Assembly (NCBI GenBank): GCA_030429725.1
Contig: JAUIEX010000002.1
Span: forward strand, 5,229-69,228
DNA: 64,000 nt
Source of the DNA: Alphaproteobacteria bacterium
GTDB lineage: Bacteria > Pseudomonadota > Alphaproteobacteria > Rickettsiales > UBA8987
Reading direction: 5' to 3'
The notes below the pieces were generated by a model that had not been told where the DNA came from, did no database searches, and saw nothing but the letters and a program-made list of their open reading frames with translations. The number at the start of each line of letters is the position of its first letter. Positions within the stretch are counted from its first letter, which is position 1. Position numbers and translations under genes: made by a program. This document shows, piece by piece, positions 34,139 through 42,418 of this stretch.

Positions 34139-34292
34139 TAACTCCCCCTTCACGGGGGAGTCTGAATTTTAAGCATTAGCGCATAAATTCAGGTGGGGGT
34201 CATGTCGCTACATCTGAAGGCTGCAAAGAACCCCCACCGGATCACGCATCGTTTCACTCGCGCGCTCCGACTCCCCCGTGAAGGGGGAGTTA
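34139..34292. mobile_element. MITE-like nested-hairpin repeat, copy A
   Basis: Termini are TAACTCCCCCTTCACGGGGGAGTC (34139..34162) and its reverse complement GACTCCCCCGTGAAGGGGGAGTTA (34269..34292). Internal inverted repeats are TGAATTT/AAATTCA and GGTGGGGG/CCCCCACC. Confidence 0.85.
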
Positions 34293-34334
34293 GAGACTAA
34301 AACAAAACTTACTCATTCCTTAATTTTTACTTGC

Positions 34335-34348
34335 AGAGAGAGAGAGAG
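34335..34348. repeat. (AG)7 dinucleotide microsatellite
   Basis: AGAGAGAGAGAGAG lies between TTGCAG (34331..34336) and TATAAT (34356..34361). Confidence 0.95.
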
Positions 34349-34496
34349 TTTAAGTTATAATTAAGGTTCATTTTTAGCTTTGGCTGAAATGAATTAGTGA
34401 GCTTTGCTCACATGTTCTTTCACCGGCTTTTTGTGGCATTCGCCACTTAACGATTAGGAAGCTGGGTCATTTTTTATCACCTAAACTTTTCTTGTT

Positions 34497-34697
34497 ATGA
34501 AACGTATTTGGAACAACCCATTTTTTAGATTTCTAATTTATTTCGTCGGCCTGCAGGCCTTCGGCCTCGGGGCCGTGCGGGTCATTTCTTGGATCGCAGG
34601 CCTAACCCCCGACATGGTCGGGTGGGTCATTTTTTGCTTTATTGCGGGCGGCATCATTGCCCCCATGGCAGTATCATGGGATTTTGATGAAGACTAA
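34497..34697 (+). CDS. Hypothetical 66-aa protein with two transmembrane helices
   Basis: An ATG ORF with two hydrophobic helices (FFRFLIYFVGLQAFGLGAV; VGWVIFCFIAGGIIAPMAV), followed by a long-stem hairpin and a T-run. No family recognised. Confidence 0.4.
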   Translation: MKRIWNNPFFRFLIYFVGLQAFGLGAVRVISWIAGLTPDMVGWVIFCFIAGGIIAPMAVSWDFDED

Positions 34698-34704
34698 TCC
34701 CGCC

Positions 34705-34806
34705 AAACCCTCCCTTCCCATACGGCACCGGGACGCAATCTTGCCGCAGCTTTCAAGCTCGCCGCATGATCGTCCAAACGCCGCAGGGGAAGGGAGGGTT
34801 TTTTTA
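34705..34806 (+). terminator. Long-range hairpin plus T-run after the 66-aa ORF (possible terminator)
   Basis: AAACCCTCCCTTCCC (34705..34719) pairs with GGGAAGGGAGGGTTT (34787..34801) and is followed by TTTTT. The loop is large (about 67 nt). Confidence 0.35.
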
Positions 34807-34844
34807 TGCCCGAAAGAAAAGCTTCTACCCAACTCCCCATCTAC

Positions 34845-35034
34845 TAAACTCCCCACTTGTGGGGGAGTCGAGGTGCGGCCTGTGAGATAAAATCGAGCGC
34901 CGCAACTCGGTGGGGGCTGCAAACTGCAAACCGCTAACTGCAACCCTCTACTCAACTCTCACCGCTCAATGACCCCCACCGGATCACGCATCGTTTCACT
35001 CGCGCTCTCCGACTCCCCCGTGAAGGGGGAGTTA
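34845..35034. mobile_element. MITE-like nested-hairpin repeat, copy B
   Basis: Left end is TAAACTCCCCACTTGTGGGGGAGTC and right end is GACTCCCCCGTGAAGGGGGAGTTA (35011..35034). The right ~60 nt are nearly identical to copy A. It contains a 7-nt periodic stretch (CTGCAAA CTGCAAA CCGCTAA CTGCAAC...). It ends 8 nt before the g15 stop. Confidence 0.85.
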
Positions 35035-35042
35035 AAGGCCAC

Positions 35043-38000
35043 CTAAACACTCACCTCCGCCGGTCGGCCACGCCCAATGCGCTCGGACATTTGATAAATC
35101 TTCACACTCACGCTGCTTTGCGGGCTGCCAAAATCGCTTGTTTGATCCGCAGCGTCATAGCTAACGGATGGAGTGGAGGCACTCAGCGTGCGAACCACAT
35201 CTTCACCGTCCAGAATGTCGATCTCATAGGCTTCGGAGGCCTCCGAAAGCGGCACGTCCACACCATCCCGCCAGCTGCCGCCATGGCGCGTGCGGCGAAT
35301 CCAGCTGATCGTCAGGTTGCCCGCCCCATCACGCTCCCCCGCCACATGCGCAGGTGCATATGGCTTCAGCGCATTGGCATTGTAAGCAAAGCTCTGCGCG
35401 TTGGTTTCTCCCAGTGTTTCACCAATCGAAACCGCCTTATAGAGCCGCGACAGGCCAATCAGCCCATCCGGCATATTCACCTTACCGATGCGGCTATCCA
35501 GCAGCACGAAATCATCCCCTGCCGCATGGCTTACAGTGGCATGCTCCGTGCCCAGCCGCCCGCGCAGCAAGCCACTTAAGCGATATTCACCCGCACTCAC
35601 CAGAGTTGCAGTGGTAAACTGAATCACCTCCCCGCCCAGCAGTGCCGCATTGGCGCCGTTCAGTAATGCCTCCGTAGAAACACTCTCCAGCGTGCCGTTG
35701 GAAAGCAGCACGGTCACATTATTTGCAACATCCATCACACCCGCCGCGCCATCCGCCAGCGCCGTAATGGCTTTGCCCATCACCGCCCGATTATTATTCA
35801 CCAGCACCTGCCCATAACGCGCACCGCCATCGTCCGAGCGATAGAGAATACTGCCCTGCCAGCCGGATTCCTCCCCGCTAACGGCCACCCGCAGCAAAGC
35901 GTCCTCTGCATCATCGCCGGCCAGCAGCGGCACATCCAGCAGCTTCAACCGCGTGGCGCCCGCCGGCACTTCCGCCTGAGTGCTGCCGCTTGTTTCCGCC
36001 GCCGCGGCGTCACTTTCATAAAGCGCCACATCCTCCGCAATGCCTTTGCAACGAAGGCGCCCACCTTCTTCCAGCGTGGTTTCCATAATGCGAATCGTGT
36101 GGCTTTGGCCGTTGCTTGTCACCGTCACCACATCGGCAGGAGAGATTGCCGCATATTTCGGCGGCAGGATAAACTGATAACGCATCCTCGCCGTCCAGGC
36201 CTGACACAGCGCCACATCCGCCGCCATCTTGCCGCGCTCATCCCCCATCACGATCGGGAAATTGATGATATGTTTTTGATCGCTCGCTACGGATTGCCGC
36301 GACGCACGCTGGGTGCCGATCTGATAATCAAAACCCCGGCTGAGGTAATTCACCTCCACCGCTTTGGGCAGATCGGCCTCCTGCCCGCGTGTGATGGCCA
36401 GATGCACCGCCTTTCCACGCTGTTTGAAGGGCACCAATTCATCCTCGGCAATCGTTACCGCAGACGCATTGCCGCGCGGCAGATAGTCCACCTGCCCGTC
36501 TTCTTCCCGCGCATCAAAAAAATACGCTGCCTGAAGCTGCGCAATGGCACTTCGCGCACTCACCGGCTGTTTCAGCACATAGCCTTCCACCAAATCACTC
36601 AGCTTGGTAACATCCATTTCACCACTATTTAAGCCCGCACGCAGCCCAATATCCTGCACAATGGCGGCAAGGGAAGATAACCCCATTTTACCATTCACCC
36701 AATGCCCGGTTTTCCATAATCCGCCATCGGTCCAGATATTTGTCATTTCCGGCCAGAAGGAAAATGGCCGCGCATCCCATGTCCAGACAAATTTTTGCTC
36801 CACCATGGTAGAGCCTTCCCACGCGGTTTCCGTGGCCTGCAACCCTAAACGCTGCGCAGAATTATCCACCCGCCCGCGTGAAAAGCGCGGAAAGTAGCTC
36901 TCCGAACTGGTCGGGTCATAAAACACATTCGGCTGGTTGGTTGCCCCATCTACGGATGGAAAACCATATTCCGTGAACCAGAATGGCTTGGATTCCGGCA
37001 CCCAGGCAGTGGTGCTGGCATCCGGGTTCACATGCTCATTTTCCCAGAACCATTGCAGATTTTTCCACGCATATTGTGGGCTGATCGCCGCCTGCGTCGT
37101 TCGCGCTTCATCCGTATATACCCAGTCATACCCCTCCCCGCTTGTCCAGCCATCAATGGCTTTTTGCAGGGTGATGCCGCTTTGCGGCTCATCCGTCAGC
37201 GGGAAATAGGCATCAATGCCGATAAAGTCGATATTCGCCGAAGCCCAGAGCGGATCAAGATTATACCAGCCATCATCCGTGTGGTGATATTCGCTCCAAT
37301 CCGCAGCATAGGTCACCTTCGTGCCACTACCCACAATCGCCTTTACACTGGCCGCCAAGCTCACCAGCGCGTCCACCGCCGGGAAGGAATCATCCCCACT
37401 ATCCTGCACGGAAGTTAAGCCCACCAGCTCCGAACCAATGACAAACGCATCCACATTCGAAGCATCTGCCAAGTTCGCATAATGCGTTATAAATTCATTA
37501 TAACCATTTGTTTTTGTAAAGAAATTAGCAACATTACTAACGCTCCCCGTCACCCGGCCGCGCCATGGCTTATTTTCCGTATCCATAAAAAACATCGGGT
37601 ACAGCATCACCTGATAGCCCCGGCTTTTCAGCTCCCCTATCAACCGCGCAACCGAAGCATCCGAAGGCGTGCCGCCATAAACCGGGTTACCATTTTCATC
37701 GAGCGAAATTTGCGGTGCGGAGGCACGATCCCAACTGCCCACGCCCCACTGATCCGGCTCTGTTGTCGCGCCATCTTTATATTCCACATAGGGCTTGATC
37801 GTACAGCCCCCGGCGTCCACATCATCCCCAAACCATGTCACCACAACACTCACCCATTCTAGGTTTGGAAAAGTGGCCTCCAGCTGATCCAGCGACGCCA
37901 GCACATCCGCCTTGCCGCTCACATTATTCTGGTTAATGCGCACCTGCTCACCGCTTTCGAAAAAATCATCGCCAATCTGCTGGCCAATCAGTTTTTTCTG

Positions 38001-38693
38001 CACGTTGGTGTCATACACAAACTCCCCGGAACCGGGAATCATCGTCATCGCCGTAATCTGCTCTTCCAGCGGCGCATCACCACTATTAAGCGCAGATTTA
38101 CGCACCTCAAACGTAAAGTTAGGAATACGATTGCCAAATTGCTCAAGCGGAAAATCCTCAATCACCACATACGCCACCCCGCGATAAGCCGGCACAAAAC
38201 CACTACCAAGCTCCGCCTCCATGGCAGAATCCGGCAATTGATCTTCCGTTCCTTTATACAGGCGATAAACACCTGAATAGTCATTGATATTAATGGTTTT
38301 AGCATCCGCCCACACGCGCACCACCTCGTCAATCTCCCCTTCGCAAATCGCAATGGCCAGCGTCACGCTATAGCTATAGCTGGTCTGGGAAACACTGCGG
38401 CCGCTGCCGCCCTTGCCGCTGCCGGATTCTGTCGTCGTAGCACTTTCCATAATCGGCTTAGACCAGATCACATTGCCCGCCACACGCGCCGTGCCATAAA
38501 GCTGCGGCACCATGCGGCCATAGGTGGAGGTTTGCACCTGCAAATCTTCCAAGCGCGGGCCTTCCACCACCAGCTTCTGCCCGGGCAACACACCCAGCGC
38601 AGTATCAATCTGCGCGCCCAGCTGAATGCCTTGCAGCGCAAGGCCAATATCCCCCGAAGCCGCTCCTGCTGCGCCTAATACAAGTGTAGTCAT
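35043..38693 (-). CDS. GTA g15-type host-specificity / baseplate protein
   Basis: 1216 aa. The N-terminus (PRLEDLQVQTSTYGRMVPQLYGTARVAGNVIWS...SYSYSVTLAIAICEGEI) and the central glycoside-hydrolase-like region are typical of RcGTA ORFg15 homologues. It is in the last structural gene position. Confidence 0.85.
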   Translation of the reverse strand: MTTLVLGAAGAASGDIGLALQGIQLGAQIDTALGVLPGQKLVVEGPRLEDLQVQTSTYGRMVPQLYGTARVAGNVIWSKPIMESATTTESGSGKGGSGRSVSQTSYSYSVTLAIAICEGEIDEVVRVWADAKTININDYSGVYRLYKGTEDQLPDSAMEAELGSGFVPAYRGVAYVVIEDFPLEQFGNRIPNFTFEVRKSALNSGDAPLEEQITAMTMIPGSGEFVYDTNVQKKLIGQQIGDDFFESGEQVRINQNNVSGKADVLASLDQLEATFPNLEWVSVVVTWFGDDVDAGGCTIKPYVEYKDGATTEPDQWGVGSWDRASAPQISLDENGNPVYGGTPSDASVARLIGELKSRGYQVMLYPMFFMDTENKPWRGRVTGSVSNVANFFTKTNGYNEFITHYANLADASNVDAFVIGSELVGLTSVQDSGDDSFPAVDALVSLAASVKAIVGSGTKVTYAADWSEYHHTDDGWYNLDPLWASANIDFIGIDAYFPLTDEPQSGITLQKAIDGWTSGEGYDWVYTDEARTTQAAISPQYAWKNLQWFWENEHVNPDASTTAWVPESKPFWFTEYGFPSVDGATNQPNVFYDPTSSESYFPRFSRGRVDNSAQRLGLQATETAWEGSTMVEQKFVWTWDARPFSFWPEMTNIWTDGGLWKTGHWVNGKMGLSSLAAIVQDIGLRAGLNSGEMDVTKLSDLVEGYVLKQPVSARSAIAQLQAAYFFDAREEDGQVDYLPRGNASAVTIAEDELVPFKQRGKAVHLAITRGQEADLPKAVEVNYLSRGFDYQIGTQRASRQSVASDQKHIINFPIVMGDERGKMAADVALCQAWTARMRYQFILPPKYAAISPADVVTVTSNGQSHTIRIMETTLEEGGRLRCKGIAEDVALYESDAAAAETSGSTQAEVPAGATRLKLLDVPLLAGDDAEDALLRVAVSGEESGWQGSILYRSDDGGARYGQVLVNNNRAVMGKAITALADGAAGVMDVANNVTVLLSNGTLESVSTEALLNGANAALLGGEVIQFTTATLVSAGEYRLSGLLRGRLGTEHATVSHAAGDDFVLLDSRIGKVNMPDGLIGLSRLYKAVSIGETLGETNAQSFAYNANALKPYAPAHVAGERDGAGNLTISWIRRTRHGGSWRDGVDVPLSEASEAYEIDILDGEDVVRTLSASTPSVSYDAADQTSDFGSPQSSVSVKIYQMSERIGRGRPAEVSV

Positions 38694-38854
38694 AGAGAAT
38701 CTCTGTGGTTAAAAGTTAATTATTTTTTATATAACGCCATGCAAAGCGGCGTAACTTTAGGCATTCCCTGCACGCACCAATGCAAAAAAGCCTTTTATAT
38801 AAATGACTTGAAAAAAAAAACGATCTGTTAGAATTAAGTTACAATCTTTTGAAT

Positions 38855-38977
38855 ATGGAAGCATTTTCAATATGCCTGATGTTATTTGGTGTGTGCGTTT
38901 CAATTGGAGCCTTAACGGCACAGCTTAAACGCATCGCCGATTCATTAAGCGATAAGAATCAGGAAACTGATTCTTAA
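38855..38977 (+). CDS. Possible 40-aa single-TM ORF on the opposite strand inside the g14-g15 spacer
   Basis: ATG ORF MEAFSICLMLFGVCVSIGALTAQLKRIADSLSDKNQETDS. TTGAAA-15 nt-TAGAAT lies upstream. No clear RBS. Weak support. Confidence 0.2.
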   Translation: MEAFSICLMLFGVCVSIGALTAQLKRIADSLSDKNQETDS

Positions 38978-39090
38978 GCTTAGCCCCAAGCCTTTGGGCG
39001 ATATGATGCGTCATCACTGGCTCGTTCCAGTAACGCAAGCATACTCGTTTACAAAAAGGCTTCGGGGCTTTTTTATTTTCCACTTCTCTC

Positions 39091-39726
39091 CTAACGAAAT
39101 TCATACACCCCCACCAAGCGCCGCTGCCAGCTTGCATCAAAATGCGTTTCCACCACCTTCCCGGCCGGCAGATAGGCATGGATGAGGCGGATGTTAGGTT
39201 CGTCATTCCCAACTTGATTGGGAATCCAGTCTATTTTTTTATTTCCTGGATCCCGGGTCGGATCCTGATACTGCGCATCAGGGCCGGGGATGACAGCACC
39301 GGGAAAACTTTTCTCACTGCCCACTGCGCACTGCTCACTAAAAACCAAACCAACATGCTGCGGCTGATGACGCATGCGGAACAAGCCAATCCGCACATCA
39401 TTAGTAACTCCCCCCTCGTGGGGGAGTCGGAATCTTTGACTCCGGCGGGGGGGGAAATTATTTCCCTCGTTACTCTTCTCTCTTTCATCTTGAATAAAAT
39501 GCCGCCCCAGCATCATCTGCAAACGCTCGCCATCCGGCTCACGCGGGTAATCCCGCTCATCATAATCTGCCACAAGCCCGCCAGAGGCGGAAGGGAGTTT
39601 TAATGCCCGCGCCACTTCCACAATCAGCCCAATGCAATCCACTCCCACGCCCCTCACCCGCCCCTGATGGTGAAATGGTGTTTCCAGCCAGCTGCGTGCC
39701 TCGGTGATTATTTCTTCATTACTCAT
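39091..39726 (-). CDS. GTA g14-type NlpC/P60 cell-wall peptidase carrying repeat-derived in-frame insertions
   Basis: N-terminus EARSWLETPFHHQGRVRGVGVDCIGLI (catalytic Cys context), then LFRMRHQPQHVGLVF and IHAY...VVE (His contexts). At 211 aa it is longer than the ~150 aa I recall for g14 homologues. The extra segments coincide with repeat DNA. Confidence 0.8.
   Translation of the reverse strand: MSNEEIITEARSWLETPFHHQGRVRGVGVDCIGLIVEVARALKLPSASGGLVADYDERDYPREPDGERLQMMLGRHFIQDEREKSNEGNNFPPRRSQRFRLPHEGGVTNDVRIGLFRMRHQPQHVGLVFSEQCAVGSEKSFPGAVIPGPDAQYQDPTRDPGNKKIDWIPNQVGNDEPNIRLIHAYLPAGKVVETHFDASWQRRLVGVYEFR
39315..39342. repeat. 7-nt periodic array inside the g14 coding sequence
   Basis: CACTGCC CACTGCG CACTGCT CACTAAA, translated on the minus strand as FSEQCAVGSE. 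Confidence 0.6.
39405..39458. mobile_element. MITE-like half element, copy C, in frame inside g14
   Basis: TAACTCCCCCCTCGTGGGGGAGTC followed by GGAATCTTTGACTCCGGCGGGGGGGG matches the reverse complement of the right end of copy D. It is read through as FPPRRSQRFRLPHEGGVT. Confidence 0.8.
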
Positions 39727-39935
39727 TGTAATACCTAGATAAATTGAAAAATAGATGAGACATTATTGTTTAGAGTGCTTTCGCTTTTCTTTGGTGCTAG
39801 GCAGCCAAGGTGAATAAAATTTTAGCGTACCTTTGATGAGCGGTTGCGCTGTGCGCAGAGCGAATCAACAAAAATGCCTACATGAATTTTCCGAATCCGA
39901 TGGCTAACAAAGCGCACGACGGAATGAAAAATGCT

Positions 39936-40778
39936 CTAGCGTGTTCCAGCTGTTTTCAGCATCGCATCCGTGCCCGGAACATGCGGAAAGCCCCTGAAAT
40001 TACTTATATTATTAAACCGCTGACGGCAGGTGGTCAGCGTTTTATCACACCCGCCAATCAGCGAATAGCCATCCCCCACCTCCACGTCATAGGGCATGGG
40101 CAACATCAATGTCAGCTCACCGTTATTAAAATATTTCACCTCCATGCTCAGGCCGTCATTTGCCCCGCCAGTGAAAATTATCTGCCCGTGATTAAACAAA
40201 CCGGCCGTTTCACTGCGTGCTGAATCTGCAAACACCGTGCGGCTGGTCACCGCGGTCACCGTCCCCGTCACCGTATGCGCAGCCAGATTCACCCCGCAGC
40301 GCCCGTCACCAAGCTCAGCGTCGCAGCCGGGGGTAAATAACCGCCCGATAGTGGTATCCAGCTTTTGCATCAATCCGCGCAACTCCGCTGTGAAATGGCC
40401 CTCCCCGGTCTGCACCTCACCAATCCAGCCCGTGCGCAGATTCATCACCCCATCTTCAGGGGATTCCGCATTCATCAAAAAGAGCGAAACTTCCGCATAA
40501 TCGTATTTTCCGGCCAGAATATCGGCCTCCGTAATTGCTTCATCATCCAGAAGCCCCAGAAGTTCCAGCGCATCCACCGCCAGATCATCCCGCCCCTTCA
40601 CCGCAGAGGCATTAAAACCACTGCCAGCCTGATAGGTTACGCTGTCATATTCAATATCCTGATCATGCTCCGTAAAGCCAAGCACGGCACCATCACGCCG
40701 TGTTATTTTCCAGCAGGTGGCCAGGCTGGTCAGCTCGCCACCCAGATGGGTTTGTAAATTTGCAGAAACTGTTTTCAT
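39936..40778 (-). CDS. GTA g13-type tail hub protein (DUF2163 / BR0599 family)
   Basis: MKTVSANLQTHLGGELTSLATCWKITRRDGAVLGFTEHDQDIEYDSVTYQAGSGF..., 280 aa, with a C-terminal Cys-containing region. Confidence 0.85.
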   Translation of the reverse strand: MKTVSANLQTHLGGELTSLATCWKITRRDGAVLGFTEHDQDIEYDSVTYQAGSGFNASAVKGRDDLAVDALELLGLLDDEAITEADILAGKYDYAEVSLFLMNAESPEDGVMNLRTGWIGEVQTGEGHFTAELRGLMQKLDTTIGRLFTPGCDAELGDGRCGVNLAAHTVTGTVTAVTSRTVFADSARSETAGLFNHGQIIFTGGANDGLSMEVKYFNNGELTLMLPMPYDVEVGDGYSLIGGCDKTLTTCRQRFNNISNFRGFPHVPGTDAMLKTAGTR

Positions 40779-40821
40779 TGAAGTCCATTCATCGTTAAAA
40801 GTGAAGTGATCGTAGCATCAT

Positions 40822-40898
40822 GTTCCCGTAGCTCAGCAGGATAGAGCAACAGATTCCTAATCTGTAGGTCGGAGGTTCGAATCCTCTCGGGAACACCA
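40822..40898 (+). tRNA. tRNA-Arg (anticodon CCT)
   Basis: Manual cloverleaf. Acceptor stem GTTCCCG/CGGGAAC, D stem GCTC/GAGC, anticodon stem ACAGA/TCTGT with loop TTCCTAA, 5-nt variable loop, T arm GGAGG-TTCGAAT-CCTCT, discriminator A, encoded CCA. Confidence 0.9.
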
Positions 40899-41013
40899 TT
40901 CATTCTTTTTAAGGGTTAAGCAACAGCGCCTTAAAAAGGATGGATAATTTTCATTTGAGGATGAGAACAATGTTCGAAACCGAGGGCAACAGCCCGCAGG
41001 TTCGGCGAAGCCA

Positions 41014-41032
41014 ATCCTCTCGGGAACACCAA
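41014..41032 (+). repeat. Duplicate of the tRNA-Arg 3' end (att-like scar)
   Basis: AATCCTCTCGGGAACACCA is identical to 40880..40898. It is preceded by AGGTTCG (40999..41005), which resembles the T arm. Confidence 0.85.
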
Positions 41033-41037
41033 CAGCC

Positions 41038-41640
41038 CTAAACCCGCACTTCCACCAGCGGGATTGGGTTCACGGCAAAGGCGCCATAATCCTGCAGGCT
41101 GACGGAAAGCTGATCCACATCAAACCGCACCGGCACATCAAATTCAAAATCCGCCTGAATTGCCACCCCGCCACCCGGCGCACTATCAAACGTCACCTCG
41201 CCTGTGGCGGCATCCACAGTAACACCACTGCTTTGCAGCACGGAATCCAAATAGATATTCACCGTGCTATCCACCGGCTTGGTGATGTTGCGTGTTTCAG
41301 TGCGCGCACCACTTTGATAGGTCTTCACCAGCTGGAACACGGTGGTTGCACCATCGCCCGCGCCAATCACCTGCCCGGTTGCCTGATAATCCGCATGATC
41401 CTTGAAACGAAAGCCATAGGCACGCCCTTTGCGGGCACGAAAAAACGCAATCAGCGTATCCAGCTCCGCTTGTGTTTTCACCCCACGCGCCACATTATAA
41501 CGCGCGCGCGCCGCACTCCAATTCACATTGCGCTGTTCATACCCATTGGCAAGCATCACAATATCCGTGGCATATTCCGGCCCCCCGGTGCTGCCATAGG
41601 CAATGGCATCGGGAAAGCGCACTTCATCAAAAGCGGCCAT
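41038..41640 (-). CDS. GTA g12-type distal tail protein (DUF2460 family)
   Basis: MAAFDEVRFPDAIAYGSTGGPEYATDIVMLANGYEQRNVNWSAARARYNV...LIAFFRARKGRAYGFRFKD, 200 aa. Confidence 0.85.
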   Translation of the reverse strand: MAAFDEVRFPDAIAYGSTGGPEYATDIVMLANGYEQRNVNWSAARARYNVARGVKTQAELDTLIAFFRARKGRAYGFRFKDHADYQATGQVIGAGDGATTVFQLVKTYQSGARTETRNITKPVDSTVNIYLDSVLQSSGVTVDAATGEVTFDSAPGGGVAIQADFEFDVPVRFDVDQLSVSLQDYGAFAVNPIPLVEVRV

Positions 41641-41700
41641 ATTTATTCCTAATGTTTTAGGTTAAATTATTATTTTAAATAATTGATTATAATTGCATTA

Positions 41701-42387
41701 TCACGCAACAGTTCCGCGCCGTTGCCCGCGCTCCGGCGCAAACTCATCCGCACGATTGAGGGATGGCTTAAATTCCTGCTCATTACCAATGCCTTCCAGC
41801 AGCGCACCCAAATCAAACGCGTGCTTCATGCCATTCTCCATTTCTTCCATGCGGGCATAATGACGCTCCGTCTGCACAATGGCCACCATCATATGCTGGC
41901 GCTCGGCAATATCCGCCATCTGATCCGGCGTCAGATCTTCCACGGACAGCTCACTATTACTGCCATCCAGATAATCCCCCAGTTTTTGGGCAAGTTTGTT
42001 CATGCCCTGCATGCTAACCGCCACGCCAAGCTTATCCAGCGCCGTGGTGAGTTTTTCTTTCATTTCCAGTGAAAGTACACGATCTTCTTCCGTCGCATAA
42101 CTTCCTGAATCACTATTATTTTCGGATGAAGCATCACCACTACCATCCACAATGCCCCCGGCATCCGCAGGGATTTCTCTAAAACCACGCGGATCATCAA
42201 AACCCGCATTCGCGTCTTCCGCCGCGCCTTGATTTGACACCGGCTGGTCGGCCGGCATGCCGTTAATCATCCTTGTTAATTCCGGTGGCAATTCAAGCAA
42301 ACTACGCACACCGGCACCGGCAAGGCCACTGCCAATTTTCTGCGCTTCTGCTGCCAATGCATCATAACTCATAGTTAAATATACCAT
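41701..42387 (-). CDS. Acidic 228-aa protein at the tape-measure (g11) position
   Basis: Assignment is by position only (between the major tail module and the g12-like gene). It is acidic, low-complexity and helical. I see no similarity to the Gly-rich RcGTA g11 sequence as I recall it. Confidence 0.3.
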   Translation of the reverse strand: MVYLTMSYDALAAEAQKIGSGLAGAGVRSLLELPPELTRMINGMPADQPVSNQGAAEDANAGFDDPRGFREIPADAGGIVDGSGDASSENNSDSGSYATEEDRVLSLEMKEKLTTALDKLGVAVSMQGMNKLAQKLGDYLDGSNSELSVEDLTPDQMADIAERQHMMVAIVQTERHYARMEEMENGMKHAFDLGALLEGIGNEQEFKPSLNRADEFAPERGQRRGTVA

Positions 42388-42418
42388 AAAAAGCTTTAAA
42401 ATTCATTAAAATAATACC

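Noticed and set aside
38925-39212. 95-aa minus-strand ORF spanning the g14 3' end and the spacer.
   Set aside because: It overlaps the well-supported g14 frame, has no RBS, and has an unconvincing composition.
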